A DNA stretch of 56,342 nucleotides, counting the filler, from Sphacelaria rigidula (lineage: Eukaryota), in the NCBI GenBank assembly GCA_964200075.2. It is 4 parts of 4 records of this genome, joined end to end, with 100 filler letters (N's around TTAATTAATTAA, not from the genome) between each part and the next. Parts side by side here need not be neighbours in the genome. Positions count along the whole stretch, not along the records: positions 28,229 to 42,235 come from CAXNAA020002514.1; positions 42,336 to 56,342 come from CAXNAA020002515.1; 2 more parts are not named here. One strand, written 5' to 3'. Below, in pieces: positions 37,581 to 50,620 of the stretch. The position numbers were made by a program, and so were the translations under genes. The stretch's first letter is position 1; each line of letters opens with the position of its first letter. Below the pieces are notes generated by a model. It was given only the letters and a program-made list of their open reading frames with translations, was not told the origin of the DNA and ran no database searches.

Positions 37581-39078
37581 GCCCCCCTTGATTCGTCTGA
37601 CACTACTTGGAGTAAACTACTCGGAGTGCACCCATTCCTAGTTCGTGATTCGTTCGGTATGACCTTGAACGTACAACTTTACCGTCCATGATTCATACCG
37701 GATGACTCTTTGGTACATGATTCGCATGCAACATTCATGGGAAGCCGAACCGTATGAACTCTGATTCGCCCGAACAGTGCAATACTACGTGGTCTCCAAC
37801 CACTAGGTCATACGTCCGTGCTACAATTGAAGTAACTGGTATCACATCTTCTCTTCATGGCATTTGCGCGTATTGGAGGACGCCAAGATCGTTTAGCCCC
37901 GCGGTATGTTTTGCGAGATACATCAGATTCCCTTGTGGGTCCTACATGCCCAGGAAGCTCGACGCATGCTTGGTCGTTTGCCGTGTTGAATAGGCGAGTA
38001 GAAATGCATTTGCGCCGCGCCATGTCTTATTTGAGAACCTCTATGAGGCCGGCACTGAGGATTAGTATTTACAGAGAAAAAAGACGGAAGTAATTGACTG
38101 GCATACCGTAGGGAGTCTGGGACGTGGGGAGGGACGGTGGAGGTGCAGAGACTGCATCCAAATAACCGGGTGCTTCTCTCAGCACTACATCTCAGCGTGT
38201 GGAATTCAAGCCTGTCTTCAATCTCATCGCTGAAGAAAAAACAGCCATGTGAATGAACTGATACACCTGTGCACCACTCAATCCCTCTCCGACGTCTACT
38301 ATTTCGTGCTACGCATAACAAACAAGATCACCAGAGCTCGATCCCACGTATATCCACCTCTTATGGAGAGAAAAATGTGGTTTCTGCGATCGCTGGAAAA
38401 AATCACTTCGATAGAGTGCAACAACATTACTTCTGACAGTGTGACAGTGCAATCGCGCTTGATTTTCCCCCACCTGTGCAAACGTCATGCCACGGTAGGG
38501 GTTGCACATTCGGGCCCAGATCATTCTCATTTTGAGGCTCCTACAAATGGGATGGGAGTTGCACAAAATATAGCTCAGGCGATTCCCGTTTCAAAATCCG
38601 TTTTAGACATCCCGGTCCCCTTGGAATGCTGATCGTGGCGTGCTCTCATATTGTGCATGAGGCTTTTTTTGGATGAGATAAAGAACCCCTACAAATTCAA
38701 GCCTCATAAATATTTTGTCACCGCTAGCGTGGCATTACTAACAAGCCGACAACGTAGGTACCCCCGTAGAACAGTGTGAGTGCTCCTTGCCCTATCTTAC
38801 CCGACATATACATAAAGAAGCGCTACAGAAACATTCCCTGTACGACCATGCTCCCCAAAATTCAGCGAAATGTACTGTCGGCGGTCCCCGACCTCTCAGT
38901 CGCATCCTGCTGATCGTGCAACGACGGCGCTCTCGACTACTTCAACCAACTTTCGGTAACGTTCACATAACAACCAACCGGACTGTAGCACAGCCAGCTG
39001 CTCTCAGGTTCCGAAGAAATGGTGCTGAGTATGCCAGAATTTGTCCGGAAGATTACGATTACTGGCTACACAGCGGCG

Positions 39079-40523
39079 CTAAAGGAAGTACAAGATGCGA
39101 CGAAAGACACCCATCTCCACGCACGAAAGTCCCACTACCCTTTCAATCATATCGGGGGGCACCACACGGCCGTCGCTGTCATTATTAGTCTGGAGAGCCT
39201 CGCCACCTTTGTATACATCCGCTCCCTCTAGCCCGCCATCTTCCTCCTTGACAACCTTCATGTTGTCCTCGGCAATGTCACCGTGTCGACCTCCTCTGTT
39301 ACACATGATGCCAGTAGTGCTTTCCGAATACGCGAGACACTCCTCGACAACCGATGCCGTGCACGAATGCTTCACACTACTGCTTTCATCGTCAGAACAC
39401 TCATCGGAAGCAGACTGGAGATCCTCGTGTAGACGCTTCGTGCCTATAACAGAACAAACACGCCCATTTTTCGCCCTCGACACACCTCGTGACCTTCTAA
39501 CTACACCTTGCGTATTCGTCAAGAGAAAGAGCCCACGTCCGGGCCTTGTGCACGAACCACTGCCGCTGCCCTCGTCAGACGCCGCATCGACCTCCATGTC
39601 TCCTCTCCACCCCATCTCCTCTGACCTCTCTCCCTTCGCCCCACGGTGCATCGCGTTCGTCAAACCCATGACACCCGACACGGCCGCTTGACTCTCCTGG
39701 CCTAGCTCTGTCTCATCGTCTATCGCCCCGTCGACAGATGATGTACTCGCATCGACACGCATGTCCACAGAGTATCCCCTTTTGCCTCCGACTTCTGCGT
39801 TCTTGGTCTCGAGTCTTTTGGCGAGTATCACCAGCCAACCGCGACGGCGCCAAGCCTTGTTCTTCCGGGCACGGTGGAGGAGCACCCGGATGCGCCTGGC
39901 GGATGTCGAATTTCGACGGCGGTTGGACGCCAGGGGAAGCTCTCCGTTGAACTCCCGGTTGGGGTCCTCTCTCCACCTACACGGATCGCCTAGACCGATC
40001 ACGTCAGCGGCTGTTGGTAAACTGCGATCAAAGCAGGATGAAGTCGCACCATCCAGTAGGTAACACCCCAGCTGCGAGGAATAGGACGGCCGTGTCGACT
40101 GAGAGCATTGTTCATTCATGTTGAGCGTGGAGCTGGTGGCGGTCGAAGAGTCAAAGCCACAAGCAACAACAGCGGCCGCTGCGAAGTCTACCGCATCCGG
40201 GTCAGCGCCCGCCGACAACAAAATGCGTACGCTGTCCGGACTGTTGAAACGACACGCCCAGTGTAGCGGAGCTAATCCGGCCGAAGATCTCGTCTCCACG
40301 TCTGCCGCGCTCACTTCCTCCCTCGTCTCGAGCAACATGCGGATGATGTCAGCTAGCCCATACTCTGCCGCTTCGGAGAGTGGGGTCTGGCCGCGGACGT
40401 GATCTCTGTGCTCGAGGTAGGCGTTGGCTTTCAGTAGTATTTTGACGACTTCCGGTTTATCGTTGATCACGGCTAGGTGGAGGGGGGAGCGTCCGCTGAC
40501 CATACGACTCTCGGTATCAGCAC
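39079..40523 (-). CDS. Ankyrin-repeat protein, long terminal exon (upstream exons not identified)
   Basis: Uninterrupted 474+ aa ORF; three ankyrin repeats (SPLHLAV, TPLSEAA, APLHWAC...GADPD); acceptor ccgatag|GT GCT GAT at 40523; C-terminal AWRRRGWLV ... GVFRRILYFL-stop. Confidence 0.9.
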
Positions 40524-42335
40524 CTATCGGGTGTTTTTGTCGAGTGAAGTCAATCGCGTAGCGCCGTTAGTGGCAGGGGGAAAGCTTAAGCGTATTTTGT
40601 GAAGACTGTGGCCTGCGGTATGCGAAGGGGTTGGTCGCAGTAGGCTAACGCAAGTTTTTACCACACCATCCGCGCGTGCTCATTGCAAGCAACTACAGTA
40701 GCACCCGATAATATCTGAGTGATCATGACAGGGATATACAAGAGACGGTGATACTCGCGGTGAAGTTGGAGCTTCTTCATGATAGATGTATGCGATGTCC
40801 ATTCATCCTCGATACTACTGTAGCGCCGGGGGTGTAGCATGGACGATTGCCCCGCGTTATCACTGAAAATACTGGCTACATGTCACTACCGAGTCAGGCA
40901 GCGCTGTTGGTTGTTTATTGCTCATAGCGGGCAAGACACCTGAAACGAAGTGGAATACCCTGGAACGCCAGCCACCGGAGTGTCATAGCATCCACGCCAG
41001 AGCATGGCAGAGATAAGCTACATATCGCCACGGGAGTACGCCGGAAGTTTTTGTGAAGTCCGTAAGATCACGTACGAATGTAGTTTAGGTCCTGATATTT
41101 CATTGGCGCACCGAACTAAAAAAACTGTACGACGTGCGCAGCTGGTGTCAATTCGAGGTACACCACAGTAGCGGGCAGTTCTACCAGCCATATTTGGGAT
41201 ACAAATCATGCAAACTAGATATCGATGCAAATGACTGCAGCTTTTTCGTGAGGTTGAAAGTACAGGGTTCGATTGACAATCAGCTTTTTAGCCGTTCGTG
41301 GAATGGACATCATTTTCACGTGGAACGTTACTGCGTGATCCTGGTTTCTAACCTGACGATCAAAGGGCAAACATTTTGACGAGTTAGTCGTTGGATGTAT
41401 ACGCCGGAAGCGAAAAAACGCCGATATATAGCTGTTTGGAATCGCGACGGGTTCATGACCTACAATCGCACTTGATGTATCGATCGGAAGAATATTGTTG
41501 GAACACCTGGTGTTACGTGCGACATGTAGGCGTGACCTGCCAACCTCACAGCGGCGCAATAATGAGAGGAATTTTTTGATGGCTGATACGATCATTCTCC
41601 ATCTTTTGATTCCTAGTTCAACTCAACCGGTCGTTTCCTATTGTCAATTGTTAGTGTTTCATTGATTGATTGAGACACATAAAAACAGTGTGTCTCTAGT
41701 AGAAGCTCACTCCCGATAGAAATCTGTATTATACTCTTGATCTCACGAAACCTTGTGAGAATTACAGCAGTGTTACTAGTACAAATCAAGGGCTCTATTT
41801 TTGCACTAACTTACACAGTTCTTTTCCGATGTGGAAATTACAGCGCAGATAACCAAACGCTACTAATTAGTAGACACAAGTCAAGAGCACCCCCTGGGCT
41901 GCAGGCTTTAGCGTAATGATGGGAACAAGGTCGCGGTTGGTACATACGGCTGGATGGGACGCTCTGACTCAAGTAGTGCGTGGGGGTTCCTTGCTGCATG
42001 GAAACGACATGCGGGAGTGACACCAAAAAAAAAGTAGAAGATGTTGAAGGATCCTTTAACCCCTAGACAGCAAGCGTCGCCTCGGTACAGTTTCACAAGG
42101 TGACCATCCGGAGACATTCGGGGGTTTCCAATAGCGGAGGGGTGTGGCTTTTGATGGGGGAGGGGGGGGGGGGGGGACTTTTTCGTTGCTTGCCTTAGTC
42201 GGGTGGCTATTGAATACGCCCCCCTTTCCAGACGGNNNNNNNNNNNNNNNNNNNNNNNNNNNNNNNNNNNNNNNNNNNNTTAATTAATTAANNNNNNNNN
42301 NNNNNNNNNNNNNNNNNNNNNNNNNNNNNNNNNNN

Positions 42336-42400
42336 TTCCGCTCTGGGATGCGTGGTCCATGGTCAGACGACTAAGGCAAGCAACAAATGAGTACGCCCCA
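42336..42400 (+). mobile_element. LINE family A 3' end next to a C-run
   Basis: gggatgcgtggtc...gactaaggcaagcaacaaatgagtacg followed by poly-C. Confidence 0.75.
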
Positions 42401-42714
42401 CCCCCCCCCCCCACCTCCCCCGCTTCACTACTTTCCACTTCAATATTCAGAAATAAGCCAGATTAGCTCTCGAAAGAGATGAAGAGAGAGTCGGTAAGGA
42501 AGAACGGATGGAGAAAATGGAGCGGACGGGTAAAGTACTCATAGTGGTAGTATTCAGAGTCCCTACTAGGGGCCATACTACGAGAATAGAGTTCGAGAGG
42601 AAATGCGACGAAGTTGGACTCTACTGTTTGGACAACACGAAATGTAGAAGGGCACGGAGAACAGTTCCGAGTCACACCAAAACAGAGAGCGAGCAAAGAG
42701 TGGGGGGAGGGGGG

Positions 42715-42780
42715 CATATTCATTTGTTGCTTGCCTTAGTCGTTTGACCATTGACCACGCATCCATTTCGAGACGGAGCA
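42715..42780 (-). mobile_element. LINE family A 3' end with ~18-bp TSD
   Basis: gagcaaagagt(a)gggggga at 42691-42708 and 42776-42794. Confidence 0.8.
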
Positions 42781-43149
42781 AAGAGTAGGGGGGAAGAGAC
42801 AAAAGTAAGTGTCGGCATGGGTTAGAAAGGTAGAATAGGATAGGGAGTTTGTATAGCCATTGGGACAATGAATGTGAGACGTAGCCCTTATGTAGATGGA
42901 GGAAAGGGGAAGCAAGAACAAGTACATGCCTAGAAGGGGAAGGAGAGGGGAAAGAGCGGCCGGCCCAGAGCAAGCAAACAAGGATGAAACCGGAAACGGA
43001 AAGCAAAATCAAGTAAAGGACAGGGGAAGTAATAACGACGGATAGAGAACAATCGAGAAAATGAGACTGAATAATGATTCGAAAAGGAGGTTGAGATGAG
43101 GATTGTGTAATGTGTGTGGATTCGTCCCGGAAAGCGCAAAGAAAAAGAG

Positions 43150-43482
43150 ACGACCGAACACGTAATTAAGCGCAACCTAGATATATTGGGGATTCAAGAG
43201 TCATGGGAGAAAGAGGGAGCGGAAATAGGATGCAAAGTTGGAGAGTACGCATGGATTGGGAAAAAGCGGAAGGGACAGAAACACAAGGACAGGGGAGCGG
43301 GGGGAGTAGGATTCTTCGTCAAAGACTACATGTGTGGCGTAATAGAAGTGACCGGAGACACAAAAATTGACGAGAGCATGCGGAGAAGAGTAACAGGAGG
43401 GCGAGGGACGGAAGGGTTTGTCGTAGGCAAAAGCTATATGCCCCCAGCCCCCAGGATCTCAGGGTACGGTAGAAAACAGTAG
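43150..43482 (+). pseudogene. LINE AP-endonuclease N-terminal fragment
   Basis: NLDILGIQESW...GEYAWIG...GAGGVGFFVK...YMPP, the canonical APE motifs. Confidence 0.85.
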
Positions 43483-44692
43483 TGTTCACAACTTGGTCGA
43501 CATACAGAATATTCTCGAAAATATGTGGTGTCAACATGTTCAAAGTTTCTTGCGGAAATTTATGATGTTGAGCATCGCGCTTCAGCAACCGTTTCACCAG
43601 CTGTTTCAGCCAGTTCCCCTTTCAGCGGCCGTTTCAGTCAGTGCCACGGGCGACACTCCGGAACGAATTGCACCGCTTTTCAGGAAAAGCTACTCGTACT
43701 ACACAGGACTGGCACACGAACTCCCACATACACGAAAGACACCGCACGGCCTCCCTGTTGCTACTGGATGTGCTGAGTTTGCTGCAATGTATACACTATG
43801 TGGGGCACAACCCGAGTATTTACTTGGTTGAGAGCTGTGTTGTGTTGTGTGGGGGCAGGGTCAACATTTTGTCGCACTACTCTGGTACGTGGAAGGTTCT
43901 TTCGCTTTTACGCCCACTGATTTAGCCCGATGTAAGACGATAACTGCGAGATGCAGATGATCACGCTTGTGAACCTGTTGTGCGGCTGTTTGACTGGTGA
44001 AGCTCGGGTGCTGCCGTCTTCGTGTTACGTTTAGCACACTGGGTACGTCCCATATGGTGTTGATACCGACTATGGCCTGCCCTCTTTTTTCTCTCGCTGG
44101 TGTATAACTCATGTTTCTGTACGCGCGATCGGAAAAACCCGTCGCGCAAAAAGCAAGAAATGGAGTGCGTAGCTCACACATACCCAAATTCTGAGGGCAC
44201 TGTTCACGAGCACCTCCTAGACGTGAGTTCGCAACCCTCAAGTAGACGCTGATATATCTGCATACGTCGGATAGCTCATAAGCTAACCGAAATTACAAAT
44301 CGAAGAGGACACTCGAATCTCTTGTGAAGAAACACAGAGTACGTGACAGCAGGGTCCGAGAAGGCCAAGCGCTACCATTGCGCCACTGCGTCAAGAAGTG
44401 TAGGGACCAAATTTGATAAGGGGGCAGAAACAAACTAGTACATAATTCGGATCAGTACACGAATAGATAATATTCCGGTGGCTCATGAGCTGTCCGGCAT
44501 GTGAAAATCTTCGTTTGTGTGGATTGCGTGGTCATCTGGTATTTGTTGTTGTTGAGGATTTTCGATTCACTTTAATTTTGTAGCATTTTTACTCCGCTCG
44601 AAGTTTTCAGGATTATAGATTCGTTCTCATTTGCTGCTATGTATATGTTCATCTTCGCATCTTCAGCCATATTCCGTATATTGACGATGTAC

Positions 44693-46060
44693 CTCGTGTG
44701 AAGGTTCCAGGTGGCCATCCTTCAACTCAGCTCCGCGCAGGTTGTGAAGCGAAGAAATGGAGGTTTGGCTTCCGCAGCTGCAAAACTTGCTGATTAACGC
44801 GAGTGAGCCGTACCAACGATCAAAATCCTACGGAGAGACAGAAATGGAATGGGCGGTTCAGTTTAATCCCTTTAACTTGAAAAAGACTGAAAATGATACC
44901 GATTCCCAAAAAGGCCCCTGCATGCAAACCCCATGTTTCTTGGAGTCCGGTCCCCAACGGGCTAAGGAAGTAAACACATAAATTGACGAGGACGCTCTAG
45001 ACGGTATAGCGAGGAGAGGATATTTTCCGGACGCACGAAGTGATTTTTTGTTGTTGCTATTTTATGGACGATGATACGTTCTTCCTTTCAGTATTTGCAA
45101 ATGGATCCAACTTTCTGAACTTTTTTTTCCTTGAGCACTTCGGTAACCTTCTGCGCATCGATGACTTCATCTATTGGCTTCATTTCGTGAAACATGACTA
45201 GCTCCTCACCCCTAAAACGAAGCTGTGAAAAACTAGCCGAGCGAAAGACAGGCTACTACTCCCACTTCATGCACGTACGCACGTGAGCATATGAATACAG
45301 CAGCCCGACCAAAATCCCGAGACACCACACTGCAATGTAGCAGTACCGGTACAGTAGCACCGGCCCTCTCAGTTGTAAGCGTCGAGAAGCATTTTCCTGC
45401 TTCGGCAACCGTAGTTTCGAGGCACGAGCAGAACCATCGCTCGTAAGCCCTACAACACCAAGTCTCCTTGAAAAAAAGTCACGAAATTCTGCCGAACCAG
45501 TCGAAAGAACGCATGAGGGGCTTCGAACAGAAGCGGCAACTCCACAGTCTCTAGTTTTGCATCCCACTTGATGTCGTGTGGGGTGCCCCGCGTGGCGTTT
45601 TCCACGGGGCGATCCACCGACCTGCGGTTGATGGTCTAGTTCTCGAGCTTATTCACGAAAGTCACCATGAAAGCAAAGGAATCACAATCCAACACGATCA
45701 GAGAACACGGGCATTTCTTCTTCTCCCCGTGATTCTGCTCGTGAGGTTTCAGATTGACGCCGACGCATATCTTGGGCCTACCAAAACAAAACACGACACT
45801 GCGCACCGTGGTTCGTTTCGTGCGGTCCATCGGGGGATAGGTATAGTCCGGCCACCTTTCCGAGAAGCGCATGAGGTTTGCGAGCTCGGCTGTCTACGGG
45901 CGGCTTGATATTGAACGGAAGCCTGTAGTCTCGAACCAGCCCTTCCTCGCTGAAACTTTCTCCGGGATTGCAGCCGGATCGAGCAATCTGCAAATACTTC
46001 ACAGCAGGGATGAGGGTCTGAAACCCCGCCCCACCACGTAGAATGCGCCCTGAGCAAGTG
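44693..46060 (-). pseudogene. Possible decayed spliced Mutator/FAR1-like transposase
   Basis: VVFCFGRPK...KKKCPCSLIV...FMVTFVNKLEN resembles a FAR1/WRKY-type Zn domain; candidate exons 45211-45148 and 44827-44693. Confidence 0.35.
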
Positions 46061-46849
46061 GTATGATGGGTGCATACAACAATATTCAGCAGTAGAGAAT
46101 ATTTGTAAGATGATACGACGGAGCGAGCGGTCCTACATGCTCGGATAGTTTTTAGCGGTACTCTCTGGGTATTAATTAAACTTTCCCATCCCTGCATAAC
46201 GTTCTCTACTTATGAAACGATTCTCAAGGTTCAGAACGTTTTGTTTCTATTTTGCCCTTGCGATACCCCATATAATACTAAGCTTCAAGGCACAAATCAA
46301 GTTATTCGAATTATGACGGACTACCATCCTGACGAAGTGCATCTACTGCCTGTGCTCGCAATATGCTGAGTTTCGTATGGGACATTATTGTGTCCCTTGA
46401 ATTGGAACCGAAATTGGGCACGAATGACATATCCCGAACGGAGGTGTTTTCCGTACTCTGGTTGGTATCATTCGAAAATGAAAGAGAGTGATACTCATGG
46501 GAAAAGAATTGAAAAAAACTCATGTATTCCGTGCACAGTTTCGGGTTGTGATATCTACCCAAGTTTGGACAATTTGGCCGCTTGAAATCCGTTTTTTTGC
46601 CGAAACTGGTCGACTTGCCCCATTTTCGTGCCGGATAAAGTTCACAACTCAGCGAGGCATAACTACACGAAGTGATTTGGGACCACGCGAAGCTACCCTC
46701 TGCACATCATGTCACGTGAGACGAAGAAATTCCGACCAATTTTTGTACATTTCATCACCGGGTTATCCTAAATATTTTGCCCCCGGGATAGGGGCGAAAT
46801 ACGGCCATTTTAGCAGTTGCTTTCGCAATTTTTCACTGCACTCCCGCCC

Positions 46850-48230
46850 CCAACCCGGGTCGGGCGGGCGGGGGGTAGGGAAAACCTCATGAATCACCCG
46901 TTCAAAAACAGTGTGACTCCTCACGTATCCGACCGTTGGCGCCCACCTGTTGATTGCGCTGAGCGTAGTCGCACCAGCCTCAAGCATCAACATAAATCTC
47001 CCCACCAGCCTTCGTGTGCACCCACTTTGTGGTGTGGTGTACCCATGCTTCTTGGTCAACGTCCTGCCGACAAAAACCCCAACGTGTGTATCAGGTAATA
47101 CATACTCGCACGCACCACTATTGAACCCCACTGTAACAGCACGGCGTGTGCCGGCATAAAACACTGGTGGCACAATGGTGCCGTCGGCCCACGGCATGCT
47201 TCGTCCCACTACGCGTATAGCGATGGGAACGGGCCTGCGACTCTAAAACCGGATGAATTCCCCTCATGATCACGTGCTCACGATCCCCTCCGTGCCCGTT
47301 AAAAAAAAAGGAACGAACAAACCTTTGCAGGGAGCGCCGGCCCCATCACATATCGCACGCCTGCCGGACCCTGCCATCGAACACTCTCTTCCGCTCCACT
47401 GTAATGCGTGAGAGGACCGCACGGTAGTTCGGAACACCTCGTGATCGACGTTTTCCAAAACTTATCGGGCCAGTCAGTCCCTGCTGGGACTACGCCCCTG
47501 ACCCCAGCCCAACACTAATGCCAACCCTGACCCCAACCATAGGGATGTCCAACTTCCGATGCGGTCCTCTAAGCACGCGGTCCTCTCACGCATCACACCA
47601 CTTCCTCCGAAAGCATCGGGCGGTTGGTCAGAAAAGATGATCCCGATCCCCGGGGAAAAACCCTCGACAGTGGCGCCATGCGCCGTGAACACAATCCGAT
47701 CAAACGACAAAGGGAGGGGCTGGCGGAAAAAAAAACCCTTCGACAACAACGATTCGCGATCTCACCGACTGCTAGTCGCACCACATCCGTCTCCCGGATC
47801 TCGTAAACCTAGACTTCAATCCACACGCCGTTATTGTCACTGCACCGTGGATGCACTTGGCCTTGTACCTTAGTGCTTCTCTCACACTGAACTGCCTCAC
47901 CTGACTCATCACACAGGCAATCATGCAGGCCAATGTGTTCTGAAGTGGCTTCTACCGTAGATATTGTGACCACTCTAAAGATCTGTGGAAGTTCTTCGCG
48001 CTCCTGGACAAAACATCGATTATCCCGAACACAGAATAGAGGCTTTTTTGCAGTTGCTTTCGAATTTGGTCACATTATGCACTTGCGCCCTCAACCCAGC
48101 TTGGGCGGGGGTGGAAGGGAAATCCTCATGAATCACCTGTTCAAAAACAGTGTGACTCTTCACGTATCCGACCGTTGGCTTCAATCTGTAGATTGCGCTG
48201 AGCACAGACGTACCAGCCTTCACGAGAGCC
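46850..48230 (+). repeat. Fragments of a dispersed repeat family (46850-46990, 47760-48230; third piece 52195-52460)
   Basis: cctcatgaatcacc.gttcaaaaacagtgtgactc.tcacgtatccgaccgttggc twice; ctgctagtcgcaccacatccgtctcccggatctcgtaa twice. Confidence 0.8.
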
Positions 48231-48539
48231 TAAGCCGACGCGTGAATACAACAAATCTCCCCTACGCTTTCCCCTGCCACACCAATGCAATCTGTTCCAT
48301 AGGGGCAAGACACTTTCGTACATATGTGAGCGACAACTTCATCTCGGCTCCAAGTCTGGCATCCAAACCTCATCATCGACACATGACTATGCTACTCTTC
48401 ACTTTTCCATCTTTTTAACCGCATGTTACTGTATACTTTTTATCGCCGTTATTTTGATGTAGCATCCATTATGTAAATCGGCGTCACGAGCCGCCTTCCC
48501 CAGATGAGGTTTTTCCCCACCCCTCTATTCGGCGTCCTG

Positions 48540-50080
48540 ACCAGGCTGCCGATCCCGCTTCTACGCTTATCGGCGAAAGCTTATGACACCAGAACGCAAA
48601 TGGCATCGTTATCCCGCACATATGGCTTCTACGCGTCCGATTTCCATCCAACTTCTTTCTGCAACATCCCTAAGGTCAGTTCAACTGTGGACAAGTGTGT
48701 GGCGCTACCAATCCACAGAGAGTGCAGCGCAAACTCTGCCGACGTGAGCTCTGCCAACGCCACCGCTTATCGCAACGCAGCCATCGCATCATACCGACTC
48801 CATACCAAAAATCCCCCGTTTTTCCAGATATAGCGTACCTCATCAGCGGGGCATCTACAGGTAACGATTCATCAACTAACAAGAGCTTCAGCACAGTGCG
48901 ACCATTACGCCCCCGTCTCGAAATGGCAACGGATATCGCAAGCGAACACGCGTCACGATCGAGTTCGAATTGACCCCTTCGGGCTCCTGGAGACGCACGT
49001 CCACCCAATGTGCCGTACCCCAATCACGTCGACGCAACTGCATCCTTCCCCGATAAAATGCCACGTCACTTCTACGCACAAGTTTACTGGGTGATAAGAA
49101 CGAAACAGGATGGGCATGCATCTCGTGTGGTCTCGTCAAAAGGAAAAGGAGGCATATGAACCACAACACGTGGCCACCCGGGCCCCACGCAAGGGACAGA
49201 CGTTCCTCATCCAACAGCACCGACGATGCACCGGCTGCCGAAGTCGTTGCTGTGTTCCCATCACAACGTGGCTACGCTTCAATCCCATCAACGCATCCAT
49301 AATGAACGAATATCCTCACTGAGTTCTCGCATACGACCGCGCATCGGCATTTCGGACAAGCCCGAACCCAAAGTACCTGAACACAGATGCCTCCCCTTTG
49401 TCCTGTTGTCCTGCATGTCTCACTGAATATCGGGACGGTAGGATGAGACCTTAGCGCAAACGCAATCCATGGGTAACCGCGAAATTGCTTCAGCCACATC
49501 ATTGAAAAGTCCTGAAACATGCTTCGTCGCAACACGAAGCCCGCGTCAATTTCGAGCACACCAAGCATGCGCATCACAGCACGCGGCTCCTTACCCCCTC
49601 TGCGCTTATCCATACCCACATTATGGCGTACGAGTTGTCTCCGTACAACCGCACACAACCCGCTCATAACCGTGGACGTCTCCTGCAGAGAAGAAATATT
49701 ACTGGCGCCAACATTACCGTACCCAAAGGTTCTAGTACAGTGATCGAAATATCATCATCCGATTGCACAGTTTGGCCTTTACAATGGGATTGTTCCTCAG
49801 TGGTCAAGTCATACCGCCGCCACATGCCCAACTGCAAATAATGGTCCCTGATAGCCGCGTCCGACTCATTCGGAGGCAAGCACAACGTGGGCGGGCGCAA
49901 AACTAAGCGTTATTCCGGGGATAATATTGCTGTTCCACGCCGCGACAGTACATAGCCAACGACCCAACGCCACACGCTCGATTACCGTGAGCTTTCGGGA
50001 ACAACACCACCACCAACGCCACACGTCTAAATCATCGTGAAACGCCGGGCCCAAAACCACCACCCGCAACGTCGTCGCCG
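48540..50080 (-). mobile_element. DIRS-type (tyrosine recombinase) retrotransposon relic: RNase H + YR
   Basis: Minus-strand pieces LGPAFHDDLDVWRW, LGMWRRYDLT, RGGKEPRAVMRMLGVLE (RNase H); GLKRSHVVMGTQQRLRQP, AWGPGGHVLW, RRSDVAF, EFALHSLWIGSATHL...GWKSDA*KPYVR (YR). Confidence 0.85.
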
Positions 50081-50620
50081 CCCTCTCGAAAAAAACAAAA
50101 CAAAACATGCCCCGCTACAACACGGGACGGTGAGAGGGGCGGCGCGCCCCAGCCGAGGCGAGCATGCGGTGAACAAAATGTTCTCCCGGGCGTGGAACAA
50201 ACGAGACGTGCAGCCTTTCGTATACCGAGAATGATGATGCATCTCCGCGCCACGACAATCCGTCGCCGACCAGCCAACGCCGCACGTCTAAATTATTGTG
50301 AAATTCCGTGACTCAAAACCACCACCCGCGAGTTCGTCGCCGCCCTCTTCAAGAGCATCCCTGTCACAACACGGGACGAGGAGGGGCGGCGCACCCCAGC
50401 CGATGCGGGCTTAATACCACCACCCGCGAAATCGACGCCGCCCTCTCAGAAAATCATCTCCCGTCACTACACAAGACGGGGGTGGACGGCGCACCCCAGC
50501 CGATGCGTACTCAATACTATCGCTCGCGACTTCGCCGCCCTCCTTGAAATCATCCCCCGTCACAACACTGGATGGGGAAGGGCGGCACGCAACAGTCGAT
50601 GCAAGCATGCAGTGAGCAAA
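50010..50620. repeat. Degenerate tandem duplications derived from the DIRS pol segment
   Basis: ccaacgcc.cacgtctaaat...caaaaccaccacccgc twice; acaacacgggacg...ggcggcgc.ccccagccga about four times. Confidence 0.75.

Noticed and set aside
42336-42780. Inverted pairs of the 65-bp motif (also 54213-54861) as TIRs of a Pack-type DNA element
   Set aside because: Individual copies have their own long TSDs, vary in 5' length and encode an ORF C-terminus, so they are independent LINE ends
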